A stretch of DNA of 64,000 nucleotides from Torpedo marmorata (lineage: Eukaryota). The notes beneath the pieces were generated by a model. It saw nothing but the letters and a program-made list of their open reading frames with translations, had not been told where the DNA came from and ran no database searches. Below are positions 1 to 12,632 of the stretch, in pieces. Position 1 is the stretch's first letter; every line of letters begins with the position of its first letter. The position numbers were made by a program, and so were the translations under genes. The stretch lies in NCBI GenBank assembly GCA_977017645.1, contig OZ360252.1:17794001-17858000 (forward strand). Reading direction: 5' to 3'.

Positions 1-849
1 CTAGTCAAAGACCACCCTCCTCACTATTAAAACCACCACCAATTGACATGCCAGCGACGTTTACCCACAATATCTCAAAAAGTAACTCATTTCCACTGCA
101 TGTACAGATATCAGACGACGAAGAGCGGGTGACAAGCGTGATGGGGGAACAAGGGATTGACATTGTGCAGGAAAATGTTAACATTACATGATCTAAGATA
201 GGGTAAGCAAGGAACATTCAGAACATTCCTCGTTTCCCCGAGTCTCACCATTTCTTCTCGCACTGCATAATCAAAGTACCAGAATAAATCAATCAAATTA
301 CATAAGACTCATTTAAATTATTTAGAAAAAATATAATACAATCACAAATCATGAATATAACCAACCAACCTTAAGTCTTAACTTTCTTATTTGGTGGTCA
401 AATGTCTGCCAGTCAAAAGAATGGGTTTGTCCAAAGTGGTGCAAGTTCAGGGAGTGGATTCCCATGTGAGACTGCTGGGAAGTTTATGCAAGCTGCTGTT
501 TCGCCAGGCGTCAGCTTTCCCGATTACATCACTGCAGGGAAAGGTGATAAGGTGGTTGGAGAATCATTCATCCATCATGGTCTGACCATCACAGGTTTTG
601 TGGAAGATTAAGTAGCGTCTGCAGATTGCCCTTATTGTAGTTGCGTGGTTGGGAAATAAAAGTAATTGATGGACAAGTGAGAAATAGGTTGGTGGAAAAT
701 ATGTTAGTGGAAAATAAGTGGGAAATTGCAACTGATGAGAATACCCTGCATGAACACATATTTTTCATAGTCATATAAATTATTGAAACATAAATCCCAC
801 TCTCATGGCCCATATTCTTACAAACCGCCCACAGATTCTACCACTCTAC

Positions 850-1020
850 AGAGGTGCTCGTCTTTGAAATGTTGGCAGAAACAGGAACACCTGTAGAAAC
901 CTCACGATGTCCCAAGGAGCAAATACAAACAGCTCACATACAGCGGACGAAGGTCAGGATTGACCCTGTGTCTCCTGGTAATGTGGGGAATTTGAATGAT
1001 GAAACTACGAGGTGCATCAC
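850..1020 (-). mobile_element. Degenerate tRNA-derived SINE (HE1/V-SINE-like)
   Basis: Resembles the better copies at 11735-11915 and 12633-12855 (GAAACC..CAC...GGAG..A..TACAAAC, then AGGATTGACCC as the reverse complement of the B box). Confidence 0.5.
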
Positions 1021-1713
1021 TGGGCCATTCATAATTCGACTGAATAATACCTCATGTTCTCCAAAGAAAATAGGGGACTATAATTGTGTTCCCATGTTGC
1101 TGCTTGCTTGTGTTCATTTGAAATGGTTGTGTTCCTTTCAGTGATCAATTGGCTGTATAGGTTTCGGCTCTTCAAGCACTAACTTTGTGTAATAGGCGCT
1201 AAGCAATTCATTCTGAGTAAATGTAAGTATCTCCAAGCAATACCCTATTCATACACATTGATGTTATTTACAGGACATGCAGAAATGATGCCAGTCCTAA
1301 CAAAAGTGCACAGATATAACCAGTTGGGTGGTTCAGGTCCCAAGTGTGTTTATATTTCTTCACCTGCAGAAGGTATATGATGGATTTGTTAAATATTCAA
1401 CAAAATATGTGTGCTTCACCAAAGAATTTCTTTTTTACAAATATTAGTGAACTGATTTTGGCATCTGTGGCATACTTGGCATTGTCAAATATAGTTAAAC
1501 ATGATTTATGATATCGAACCTGTGGTGAAAGTGTTAACTCTACTTGTTTATTCATTGACCGTGATTAATTCCATTCCTAGGGACTTCAAATACACGTTAT
1601 ATGGAGGGTTTTGCTCAATGCATTATCGACGAGTGCCTATGAGAACATCATCTCTGGCACACAGGAATCGGCAACTCTTCAGATAGGGAAGAAAAACTCG
1701 TTCTAATAGAAAG

Positions 1714-1837
1714 ATGGTGGTGTCCAGTTTTACAATAGACCGCAGTCATCCAATTCCAATTGTCATTCAGATATTGTTAACACTTTGGGATATACAGATG
1801 GTTTACTATCCTCTCCTTGCTGCTGTTGGTATCCCAG
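1714..1837 (+). CDS. GPR139-like class A GPCR, coding exon 1 (N-terminus and first half of TM1)
   Basis: Encodes MVVSS...IQMVYYPLLAAVGIP and ends at the donor CAG|GTAAGT (phase 1). An in-frame TAG lies upstream at 1684. YYPLL..VGIP matches GPR139 YYSLLLCLGLP. Confidence 0.85.
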
Positions 1838-2474
1838 GTAAGTATTTTTATCCAGTTATGAATCTTCAAACAATGTTTAAACACCAATCCATTGTTAGAA
1901 TTTAGTTCTGTCAAATCAGTTAATTTAAATTAAGGGTCCCTTCTAATAAGTGCGGTACATTTCATTGTTACTGAAGTAGAGGTATGCCAAAGATACTGAT
2001 CCCCATGCAAGCTGCATTGGCAATGCAAAGACTTGTAGATATGTACAGGCAGGAATACTGCGGAGAATACAACATAAAGTTTTGATAGTGTTCAAGAACT
2101 TGCTTTGAATGCATTCATTTGTATATTGAATTAAGACCAGAATTCAGTCTCATGGACCCACTCTTACACACACTTGTGAGAGGTGGTTAATTTGTGTTGC
2201 TTGTCGTGTATTAGTCTCTTCCTTAATGAATACGTAGTGAATTAGTCTATTCCTTACTGATTCAGTAAGGAATACACGAATACAGTACACATATATATTT
2301 CCCTATTTGTTCCCGGTTAAAATTTAATATCCAGTCTCCTGCAGAAAATGTAGTGCCATGTAGAAGAACAATGTCTTTCTTTTGGGCAGACAATCAGAGT
2401 TGTAAATCACTCAACATAAAATTGTTGCCTTTAACTGCCTGATCTCTAATCACTCTCTCCTCTTTTCTTTACAG

Positions 2475-3367
2475 TTAACTTGGTGACTATTTTTCTCTTG
2501 TCACGGAAAAGATGTGGTCTTTCCAAATGTGTCACTTTCTACATGCTGGCCATGGCAACCTCAGGTCTACTGACCATTATCATCGATCTTGTATTGAGGC
2601 ATATTCCAATTATTTATCAGCTTCAATTTGTATCATTCATCCCTCTGTGCAATATTCATGCTGTCTTGCTTTATGCAGTCACAGATTGTTCTGTCTGGTT
2701 CACTGTAATGTTTACCATTGATCGATTTGTGGCCATTTGTCGTGAGAAAATGAAAGTTAAATATTGTACCGAAAAGGCAGCAGTGACGATTTTAGCAACG
2801 GTTGCTGTTCTATCCCTTTTTAAAAACGTAATTTGGTATTTTGTGTATACAGGTATGTTTTGGCTTTTAAATGATCCTTGGTTTTGTGTCGTAAGAGATG
2901 GAAATCTGAATTCACGTATCTGGGGAGCGATTGAATTCCTTCATTTTATTCTAACACCTGGGCTTCCATTTATTCTTATTCTGCTACTCAATGTATTTAC
3001 CGTCAGGCACATTTTAGCGGCCAGCAAAGCCCGCAGGAGAATTAGAAATCTAGGAACCGGGGAACCCCGAAAGGACACAGAGATGGATAACCGAAGGAAA
3101 TCTATCGTTTTATTATTTGTTATCTCGGGGAACTTTATAATATTATGGGTGGTATTTATGACGTACTCTATTTGGCGACGAATGAGATATTTAGGCTTGA
3201 CGTCTGAAAATGTACCTTTCTTTGTGCGGGAAATGGGGTTCATGCTCCAACTCCTGTCGTGCTGCACAAACACGTGTATTTATGCCGTGACCCAAAATAA
3301 ATTTAGGAACCAATTCATGGAAGTTGTCAAATACCCTTTTACACTAATTGTCAAAATCGCTAAATGA
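2475..3367 (+). CDS. GPR139-like class A GPCR, coding exon 2 (TM1-TM7 and C-tail)
   Basis: Polypyrimidine tract plus TTTACAG acceptor at 2474; the splice restores GIPVNLVTI. Motifs: TM3 Cys, SVWFTVMFTIDRFVAIC, ECL2 PWFC, TM5 PFILILLLN, TM7 NTCIY, helix 8 KFR. Uninterrupted ORF; the spliced product is 338 aa. Confidence 0.92.
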
Positions 3368-3469
3368 TAGAATTAATGCAAATTCTTCCAGCATGCATCC
3401 CCTCGCCTATCGCCTGAAATGAGCCGTGCACGCAGGAGATACCAAGAGTCATTTTAAAGTAGTCATAAA

Positions 3470-3670
3470 GACCATCCCACCTCTTCCTGGTTCTCCAGCT
3501 TCCTCCCACGTTAGTAATTTAATAGTAAATTGTCAGTGAGCGGTAGAATCTAAGGGTACGAATGCGAAATTTGGGAGAATAATGAGTGTGTGATCAGTGT
3601 AAATTAATATTTGATCGTAGGCGCAGACAATAGGCAAACAATCTATGTCCATTCTACATGACTCGTTTCT
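3470..3670 (+). mobile_element. Degenerate SINE core/3' fragment
   Basis: TCCAGCTTCCTCCCAC...TAAATTGTC...TCAGTGTAAAT...TTGAT pattern shared with the copy at 44630-44925. Confidence 0.4.
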
Positions 3671-3926
3671 GTGGTTTTTTTTTTTTTGCAGAATCGCAGA
3701 AAGCCTGTCAATTCATATCTAGTTGACAATTGCAAAGTATGAAAACAAATCCGTTTGGATGAAAGTTGTTCTCCTTTCGGGTTTCGCTACCAGCGTTTAA
3801 TTCTGTTGATAATCTACTTTAATAATTAATGTCTTTGTTTTGATGAACTATATTATTAATGGAAACGTATACCCAAACATTTTACATTTTACATATCTGA
3901 ATGATGTATGTGTCCTTTTTTATAAC

Positions 3927-3959
3927 AATAAAGTAATATTATAGATTAACACCAATAAA
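3927..3959 (+). other. Candidate polyadenylation signals of the GPCR gene
   Basis: AATAAA at 3927-3932 and 3954-3959, about 560 nt after the stop codon; the context is AT-rich, so this could be chance. Confidence 0.3.
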
Positions 3960-5149
3960 TGCAAATAGACATAGCGAAATTAAAGATAGGCATTAATGGT
4001 TGACCAGAATACGGAGCAAGTGGAAGCGTGCTGGACAGACTCTTCTTATACCATTGGACACTGCAAAATATTTTATAGAAAACCTTTGGAAATAGGTTTC
4101 CAACAACCTTATTCTTTCTGAATTTGGTAGTGTTGGCAAGATCAGTTTTTATTCATCACACCTCCTTATCCTTGAGAATGTGGTGGCGAGTTATTTTTAC
4201 TGCGTCTTCGATGCGGTATTTGAATAAGTTATATTTTGTTTCGATTTCGAGAAATGGCTTAGTAGTTATACGCACTTAATGTATTTCCGAAACTAAAACA
4301 CTTTATTTTTTAAAGCATCGGAATTAATTGAATTGAACCTTTTTTATCTGATTGTCGAAGAGAAAAGGCATCTTCCTCTGAAGTAAAACTGTTCTACTGT
4401 CAATCCAAAATTATTTCTGAAATTCAGGAACGTATTTTTATTGTAGTGGCAACCTGCGAGTGTCCGTCCACTGTGTAATCTGAAATTTAATATTATTTCA
4501 ATCCTTGTAATACGGAAATTTCAGTCTATTGTTATATGAATAGCAACTACTCCAACATGATGCAGGGGACAACAATTCTCACGGCAGGACTGGAGTTACA
4601 CTGAGGGCAGACAGTTTATTGAAGCTATTAACGTGCTCGGTGGGACATTGTTGGAAACTTTTATTTTTACAACCAGTTGAATCGTACACTTTATTTGAAG
4701 GTTCCAATGACAGACATGAATCAGCTCATTAATTTAAAACCTTTCATCAGCTGACATATTCTACAGATTATACATTAATTACAATGAATGTGGAAAATTA
4801 TTTTATGATTTAAAAAAATCAGAACGATAACAGTGCTCATGAAAGTTCTAATCCATATATATTGTTCTCGAATTGAGCTCCCGAGTAATCAAAGTGGTTT
4901 CTGTTTTCATATATCGTGGATTTTCATGCATTTTTTTATTTAGGACAAATTATGAGCAAATCAAATGCACTATTCGATCTGAAACATAAATGACGTTACT
5001 TCAATCTTTACATATACAATGTGAGTGTTCAATTGTTACTGAACATCACGCATACTTATTTCATGGCTGTAAAGAAAGGCGTCACATTATCGACAGACCA
5101 TTAACTAGTCACATTCGGATGCCTTAAGCATCTACATATGGAAATCAAA

Positions 5150-7870
5150 AAGATTTACAAAGGGTAAATTAGATGGGACAGAGCGGAAGGGGTGAAAGGG
5201 GGAGCAGTGGCATTGCTCGTCAGGCAAAATATCATTGCTGTGCTCAGACTGAACAAACCAGAGGGCTCGACTACTGAGGCGATATGGGTGGAGCTGAGGA
5301 ACGGGAAAGGTATGACCACATTCATAGTTATATTATAGACAGCCCAATAGTCAGCGAGATTTGACGGAGCAAGTCTGTAGAAAGTGAGCAGACAGGTGCA
5401 GGAAATTTAAAGTTGTGATTGTACGAGATTTTAACTTTCCACATATTGACTGGGATTCCCATACTCTAAAAGGACTGAATGGCTTAGATCTCGTCAATTT
5501 GTTCAGTAAAGTTATTGAAATCAAAATATAGATGTACCAACTAGAAAGAGTGCAATATTGGATCTCCAATCAGCGAAGGAGACAGGATAGGTGACAGAAG
5601 TATGGATAGGGGAACATTTTGGGTCCAACGATCATAATGCTATTAGTTTCAAGTTATTATGGATAAGGATAGAACTGGTCGTCGGGTTTAGATTCTAAAG
5701 CGGAGAAAGGCCAAATTTGAGGAAATGAGAAAGGATCTATAAATGGTGTATTGGGATAAGTTGTTTTCTGGAAAGGATGTGTTTGATCAGTGGAAGGCCT
5801 TCAAAGGTGAAATTTTGAGAGAACAGAATTTGTATGTTGCTGTCAGGATTAAAGAAAAAATATTAACAGGCATAGGGAAACTTGGTTTTCGAGGGATATT
5901 TGGGATCTTGTTAAGAAGAAGTGAGAGGTTTAGAAAGGTATGGGCAACAAGGAGAAAATTAGCTACTTTTGGAGTATACAAAATGCAAGAAAAATCTTAA
6001 AGAAATCAGGATGGCAAAAAAAAGACATAAGGTTTCTTTGGCAGATAATGTGACGGAGAATCCTAAGGGTTTATACAGGTATATTAAAAGGAAAATGATA
6101 GTGAGGGACAAAATTATTCCCCTTGAAGATCCGAGTTTTATGTATGCTGTGCATGCCAAAAGAGATGGAAGAGGTCTTAAGGTTTTTGCATCATTATTTA
6201 TTCAGGAAACTGGCACAAAGTCGAGGGAAGTAAGGAAAAGAGGCAGTGTGGTCATGGAAACTATACATATTAATGAGGAAGCTGTGCTTGCTGTGTTAAC
6301 GCAAATAAGGTAGGATAAATCCCCAGGGCCTGACAAGATACCCTCTCGGACCTTGAGGGAGGCTAGTGTAGAAATTTCAGGGGCCCTGGCATAAATGTTG
6401 AAAAATTCCTTTGCCGCAGGTGAGGTTCCACAGGATTGGAGGGTAGCTTATGTTGTTCCATTCTTTTAAAAAGGCTCCAAATATAACCGGGGAAATTATA
6501 GGCCGCTGGGTCTGTAATCAGTAGTTGATAAATTATTGGAAGGTGTCCAAATCGATCGGAGATACAAGTATTTGAACAGCCAGGGACTGATTAGTTCATG
6601 GCTTTGTAACTCGCTTGTCGTGTTTAACCAAACTTTTAGAGTTTTTCGAGGCAGTTACACCGAACGTCGATGAAGGAAAGACTGTGGAATTTGCTTACAT
6701 GGACCTTAGTAAGGCCTTTGACAAGGTTCAGCATGGAAGCTTAGTCAACGTGGTTCAGACGCTCGGTATCCATGGTGAGGTAGAAAACTTGATTTGGAAT
6801 TGGCTGTACGGGAGAAGCCAGAGAATCGGAGTGAATGATTGCTTTTCAGAATCGAGGCCTGTGACTGGTGGTGTGCCTCAGGGTTCAGTGCCGGGACCAT
6901 TGTTTTTTGTCATCTATATCAATGATCTGGATGAGAATGTGGTAAATTGGATCAGCAAGTTTGAACATAACACAAAGATTCGAGGCGTTGTGGACAGCGA
7001 GGAAGGCTTTCAAAGCTTGCAGATGGTTCTGGACCAGCTGGAAAAATGGGCTGAAAATTGAAGATGTAATCTAATGCCGACAAATGTGAGGTGTTGCATT
7101 TCGGACGGACAAACCATGGTAGGTCATACATGGTAAATGTTAGGGCACTGAATAGTGAGGTAGAACAGAGGTATCTGGGAATTCAGATATATAATTCCCT
7201 GAAAGTGGCGTCACATGTAGATAGGGTTGTAAAGAGAGTTTTGGCATATTGATCTTCATAAATCAGAGTATTGAATTTCCGTGTTGCGATGTTAAAGTTG
7301 TATAAGACATTGGTGAGGCCAAGTTTGGAATTTTGTGTGCGTTTTGGTCACCTGACTACAGGAATGATATTAATAAGATTGAAAGAGTGCAGGGACGATT
7401 TAGAAGTATGTTGCCCGGATTTCAGTAACTGAGTTGCAGGGAAAGGTTAAACAGGTTGGGATTTTCTTCCCTGGAGCGAAGAAACATGGGGGAGAAATGA
7501 TAGAGGTGTACAAAATTATGAGGGATATGGATAGAGAAAATTCAGGCAGGCTTTTTCTACTGAGGTTAGGTGAGATACAAACTAGAGCACATGGGTTGTG
7601 TGTGAAAGCAGAAAAGTTTAGGGAGAACATTAGGGGAACATTTTTCATACAGAGAGTAGTGGGACTTTGGAACGAACTGCCAGCTGAAGTGGTGAATGAG
7701 GGCTCGATTTTCACATTTAAGAAACATTTGGACAGGTCCATAGATGGGAGGTGTATGGAGGGCTCTGGACTTGGTGCAGGTCAGCGGACTCGGCAGAATA
7801 GTAGTTCGGCGCAGACTAGAAGGGCCGAACGGCCTGTTTTCTGAGCTGTAATGTTCTCTGGTTCTGTGGT
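5150..7870 (+). mobile_element. CR1/HER1-type LINE, 5'-truncated, decayed ORF2 (endonuclease and RT)
   Basis: Fragments GGAVALLV, DFNFPHIDW, KSPGPD, YMDLSKAFDKVQH, GVPQGSVPGPLFFVIYINDL, FFIQRVVGLWNELP; many stops and frameshifts; 3' tail of TTCTNTGG repeats. Confidence 0.92.
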
Positions 7871-9013
7871 AAATTCTAATAAATGGTCACTCCATATAAT
7901 TCGATTTTAATCGTTCGTCATCTTCACCAGAACTTCACATGACCAGTACAAAGACAAGTTGCATTTAACTCATAGGGGAAAATATCAAAACAAATCAGTA
8001 ACCCTGGTTGAGATAATATGACGTGTAAAAAAATGTATGTTCATCTTGATGGAAAACTGAAAGCAATGTTCAATGCTGTATTCCGTTCTCCTTCCTATAA
8101 TACTGGTGTTAGAAGAAGGTATCCGGAACTTTATGCTGGATTTACCTGCAAAATAATACAAAGACAACACACTCACCCCGGGAGAAACTAGACATGCATG
8201 ACATACCTGCTTGCAGTGTTGAGAATATTTCCATGCAATTCACTTTATCTTTAATTGCGAAACCATGGTGCAAAATGTCTCTGAATATATGAGAGTAATT
8301 AAATGGGACAAATAAGGCGGGCCATGAAAACAAAAGTAAAGATAATGTGAAACTGTGTTTTCTTTCAATTGCTAATGAGTTGGATTTTCTCCTTGATGAT
8401 GTTTTATTGTAATTAATCATCTCTGAAATGTGAAAACAATGTAAATTATTCAGAATATAAATTAATGCTTCTTTCTAATTCATCGATATGTACCGACATG
8501 CTCATCATTTCACGCATATCCTTCCATTATTTTCCATTCCGTTTAAACATCTTTATCGCTTAAATTATTCCTGCCTCTTCCACCTCCCCTGGCAATTTGT
8601 TTCTGCTCGCCAACAAACCTCTGAATATGAGCGTGACAATCTAACATATCCATTTGCTCTATAAATGGATGGTCCTCCTTAAAGTCACCCCTCACCCTCC
8701 TGCGCCCAACTGACAACAATGACCGCCGTTCAGAGCCCCACCATTCTTACCATGTGAATGAATTCATCTGGCTCCATGGAAGCTTCCAGGTGATTGTGCG
8801 TCAATATCTCTAAAACTCCTACTTTCCTGATACACACATGTTGCAGATCAGGAGCGTACACCTTCATTGAACCCCCATCTCCTCATCACGACCCATGGTG
8901 AATACTGGCGCCAATTTGTCATTCAGGACACCACACCTGCGTTACTACACAGACTTTCATTTGCGTCCCGAAGGGGACCTGGCTGTCCTTTTCCTTTAAA
9001 CATATTTATCAGT

Positions 9014-9840
9014 CTTGATTTAGGATGCAGATTTGAATGTAACAATAGATGAAGAACACTGGAGGGAATTATGTAAACAAAGTGTGACGAAGATTATTAA
9101 TGTTAGATATAGATTGGTGAAATATAATTTTTTTCAATCAATTATATTTAACACCTAAAAGACTAAAGAAATTTAATCCGACATTATCTGGTTTATGTTT
9201 TAGATGTAATAGTGAGGAAGGTTCCTTTGTACATTCTACATGGTTTTGTCCAAAGATGCAGGATTTCCTGTTGAAAGTTTAAAAGTTTTTGGACAATGTA
9301 TTAAGAATTACACTCCCAATGGATCCTATGATATTTTTGTTTGGAGATATTAAAGGAACCAGTGTTGAAATGAAATTAGATATGTATCAAACAGAATTTT
9401 TACGTATTGCTTTGGCCGTTTCTAAGAAATGTATTGCCATTACATGGAAATCAGATGTAGATTTAGGGTTAGAAAGATGGCATGCTGAATTGCGTTCATG
9501 TATACGATTTGAAAACATTACTTATAATTTACGTAATAAATATCATTTCTTTTTGAAAATATGGAGCCCATATATAAAAACTGTCGGTTTAAGGATTTGA
9601 GGATCTACACATATTGGATCTGCCTGGCGGACCTGTGTTCCACTATAAAATTAGGTTATAGTAGTTTTGTTTAGAGTGATATTCTCCTTACTTTATCATT
9701 TTCTTCTCTCTTTCTTTCTTTTCGGGAGGGTTAGGGAAGGAGGAAGGGAGGGGTGAAAATGTATCACATGTAAATTGATAACTTTGAAGTTTAAGCTATG
9801 TACTGTGTGATTTAAAATTTTAAATAAAATATATTAAAAA
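9014..9840 (+). mobile_element. L1 (fish-type) 3' fragment with 16-bp TSD
   Basis: zf-RVT-like CFRC..EEGSFVHSTW and ENITYNLRNK, 3'UTR, AATAAA and A tail. TSD AAACATATTTATCAGT at 8998-9013 and 9840-9855. Confidence 0.9.
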
Positions 9841-10866
9841 AACATATTTATCAGTAAATTGCGGAATCATTTATTAATTTAGCTGACCTGTGGACTTATT
9901 GTGCCCTCTTTTGGCTTTCATATGCACGTTCTGATGATCTCTTCTCATCCACTATAAACTTCAAAGAACTCGTTTGATAACAATCTGCTGCACCTTTCTG
10001 ACGTTCCCTTCCTTCCCTGAAAGCAAGAATTTCTTTATTTTTTCCACTGAATCTTACTATTCTATCTTCTTACCCTTACTTTCTCTTTGCTTTGTGTTTC
10101 TTCCCGAACTGGCGTATCCGCAATCACTCACCTTGCCTTATCGCAGGGAAAGGACACAGGCAATGTAAGCGTTTTGCTTACCGTTCTCCAAGAGAAGCTG
10201 TGAAGTATGGAACCGGACCGTCCTCTCCTGCAGGCGCTGCCAAGGCGGGATGTGTGAACGTCTCACTGTGAGGATTATCACTGACGTTTGCCGACCACGA
10301 AATAGGGAAATCGGGATCTATGAGAGAGAATTCTGAAATATACAGTAGATAAAGTTGAATGTTGTCCCCAGGACAAAAATAATCAAGGTCGAGGGAGAGA
10401 AAACAGGACAGGCGACTTGAAGCCATATCATCAGCAATGATAGGTTTGAATGTTGGCGGAGGATTGAGGGGCTGAATGGCCGAAAGCAGCGCGTTATTTC
10501 CATGATGTCACTGATTGTGAAAGCCTATTTGACATCATTACACAGCGAGTATGATCCAATTTCTGACTTAGGAGGGCATTGCAACAATCGCCAGTAGGGA
10601 TTTAATGCATCTCAGTGACGCGAAAGTGCCTTTTTTGGGAGCCGGTGGCAAGGCAGAGTTTATGGTTCCCACTGCCGTTCTTGTGCAGGTTTAACTTGCA
10701 GATTGACAGCCCAGGAGAAACACGAAATATTAATTAGATACGTGGATCATACTGTAGTATCAAATGTGTCCGAGTAAGACATGAAACTGCACCTTAATAA
10801 AAAAAATATCAATGCTTTGCTTCACAGACAACAGTTTAATGCGAGTCTAACTGAGACAGAACTCAC

Positions 10867-10998
10867 CAGTGGTGTTGGTATCACCGTTGACAACCGTCAG
10901 CATGAGCGGATCATCAGCACCACTACCCACGCGGAACTGACAGTCTTGGGAATCAATGGTTTTGTTCTCAGCGCGGTCATAGTCGGCAGGATCCATAT
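10867..10998 (-). CDS. SRCR receptor cytoplasmic exon 3 (DMDPADYDRAE...DTNTT)
   Basis: Acceptor TTCCTCCTAG, donor G|GTGAGT, 132 nt, phase 1-1, open frame. DYD.AE resembles WC1-type YDD motifs. If unspliced, the frame stops at 10847. Confidence 0.75.
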
Positions 10999-11442
10999 CT
11001 AGGAGGAAGTAAAGATTGTCAATGACAAAACAGAGTGACATTCCTCCAAATAATTGTGGAGTAGCGAGCTATATTTCGCTTAATGCAAGGTTTTGTTTCT
11101 CGCGTGATGTACAGTTTGACGGAGGAAAAATGTTGATCATCGTGCTGGATCTTCACGACTGAACCGCGCAATTAGACTGCGTGCTCATTTCATATTTCAG
11201 TGCCTGTGAAGGACTCGGATTAAACAAACAATGGCCATTGTTTCGTTCCATTGCACAACTGGCTGCACTCGAGACATTTGTTTCACATTCAAACTTGTTC
11301 ACAAGCTACTTATAACACAAACCCATTTTAAATATCGTTATCTTCTCCGTATTTCACGGCGTACAAATCTGCATAGTTTCTGATCACAAACAGATTTATG
11401 TAAAATAAGATAAAGTGGAAAGTCCTAAAAAAACTGTCAAAC

Positions 11443-11553
11443 CATGAACACGGGAACTGTTCTCATGAGGATGTTCTGGCTCCAGAAAAACACCATCCGA
11501 AGGGTCGCTCGTATAATATTCAATTTGATTGATGAAATCAATGGAACCAGACG
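11443..11553 (-). CDS. SRCR receptor cytoplasmic exon 2 (ASGSIDFINQIEYYTSDPSDGVFLEPEHPHENSSRVH)
   Basis: Not in the ORF track. Acceptor CTTCTAG, donor G|GTTTGA, 111 nt, phase 1-1, open frame, acidic and Tyr-containing. Confidence 0.7.
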
Positions 11554-11734
11554 CTAGAAGTCAATGTAATTGACAGTTATTGTAGAGATTAATTTGAGAA
11601 TTGAGGCAGAATTCATAAATGCTTTACTATGAAAATGATGGTATCGTGATATGCCACAGACACCTTTGCGGAATACCGTTCAATGCAACAACCCGGCTTC
11701 CTCATGACGTGAATGATATTATCTTAGGGAAGAA

Positions 11735-11915
11735 GCACTTTCCGGGCATTTAATCCCGTTAAGCCCAATTACATTCAATTAACCTACAACCCCATACGTT
11801 TTGGAGTTTGAGACTAAAACGGATCACCGGGGAAAACCCACGCAAAGTACGGGGAGAACCTGCAAACTCCTACACACAGCTCCGGATTCGAACCCCGGTC
11901 GCGACGCTAAACGTG
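11735..11915 (-). mobile_element. tRNA-derived SINE (HE1/V-SINE-like)
   Basis: GGATTCGAACCC (reverse complement of the B box); ACGGGGAGAAC..CAAACTCC core; similar to 12633-12855. Confidence 0.75.
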
Positions 11916-12239
11916 CCAATTTTGAGATAATCTACATCCATTTGATTTTAACGGCAGGCCGGCTGAGCAGAACACAACATTCGGAAATGCCGGCCATTTC
12001 ATTTTTTTAAAGAAAAACCACGTCTAATAATGGAAAAGTGTACACAACCACGTTGCACGTGTGATCACCGACATAGAGGCAAAGATAGTTTGATTATCAT
12101 GGCCATCCTTCATATGAGATATTTGTTCGCATCTACTCGATATTTTCATAACAAATAATATGGGAAGAGGAAGAAGACTTAACGACACAGTTCGAAATTC
12201 TCCCATCAGTAAATGTAAAATTTAAAATTTAAATTTAGA

Positions 12240-12632
12240 ATGTTTGGTGTTCCTTTATCACCTATTATCAGAGTTTATGATTCCTCATGATTTGAAGTTT
12301 TATTATTTCTGCAGGTCAGTGCAATTCTGGGGTGGGGGTAGGTTGTAGGTTAGCTTAGATTGCTTTAGTTTTTATAAAATAATGTATTCTGATGAAATTA
12401 CTATATTATCTTTTTTTGTGGCTTAGTTCTTTTTATACCTATTAGTATTATAATACTAAATTGTAAGGAAAAATAATTGATATATATCTGTAATATATAC
12501 TGTGTTATGGATGGATTAATGGAACATGTGATAATGCTTTTATTTGCTTTTTTCTGTAAACGTATAGAGTGAATGAACTGTTATATTCATCATTTTATGG
12601 AATTAATAAAGAGATTTAAAAAAGAAAGAAAG
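12240..12632 (+). mobile_element. L1 3'UTR fragment inserted in the tail of a SINE
   Basis: T-rich 3'UTR, AATAAA and A-rich tail; 10-bp TSD TAAATTTAGA at 12230-12239 and 12633-12642. Confidence 0.6.

Noticed and set aside
1501-1686. 61-aa ORF in frame with the GPCR start
   Set aside because: It ends in TAG at 1684-1686 and has no recognisable motif; more likely intron or 5'UTR sequence than an N-terminal extension.
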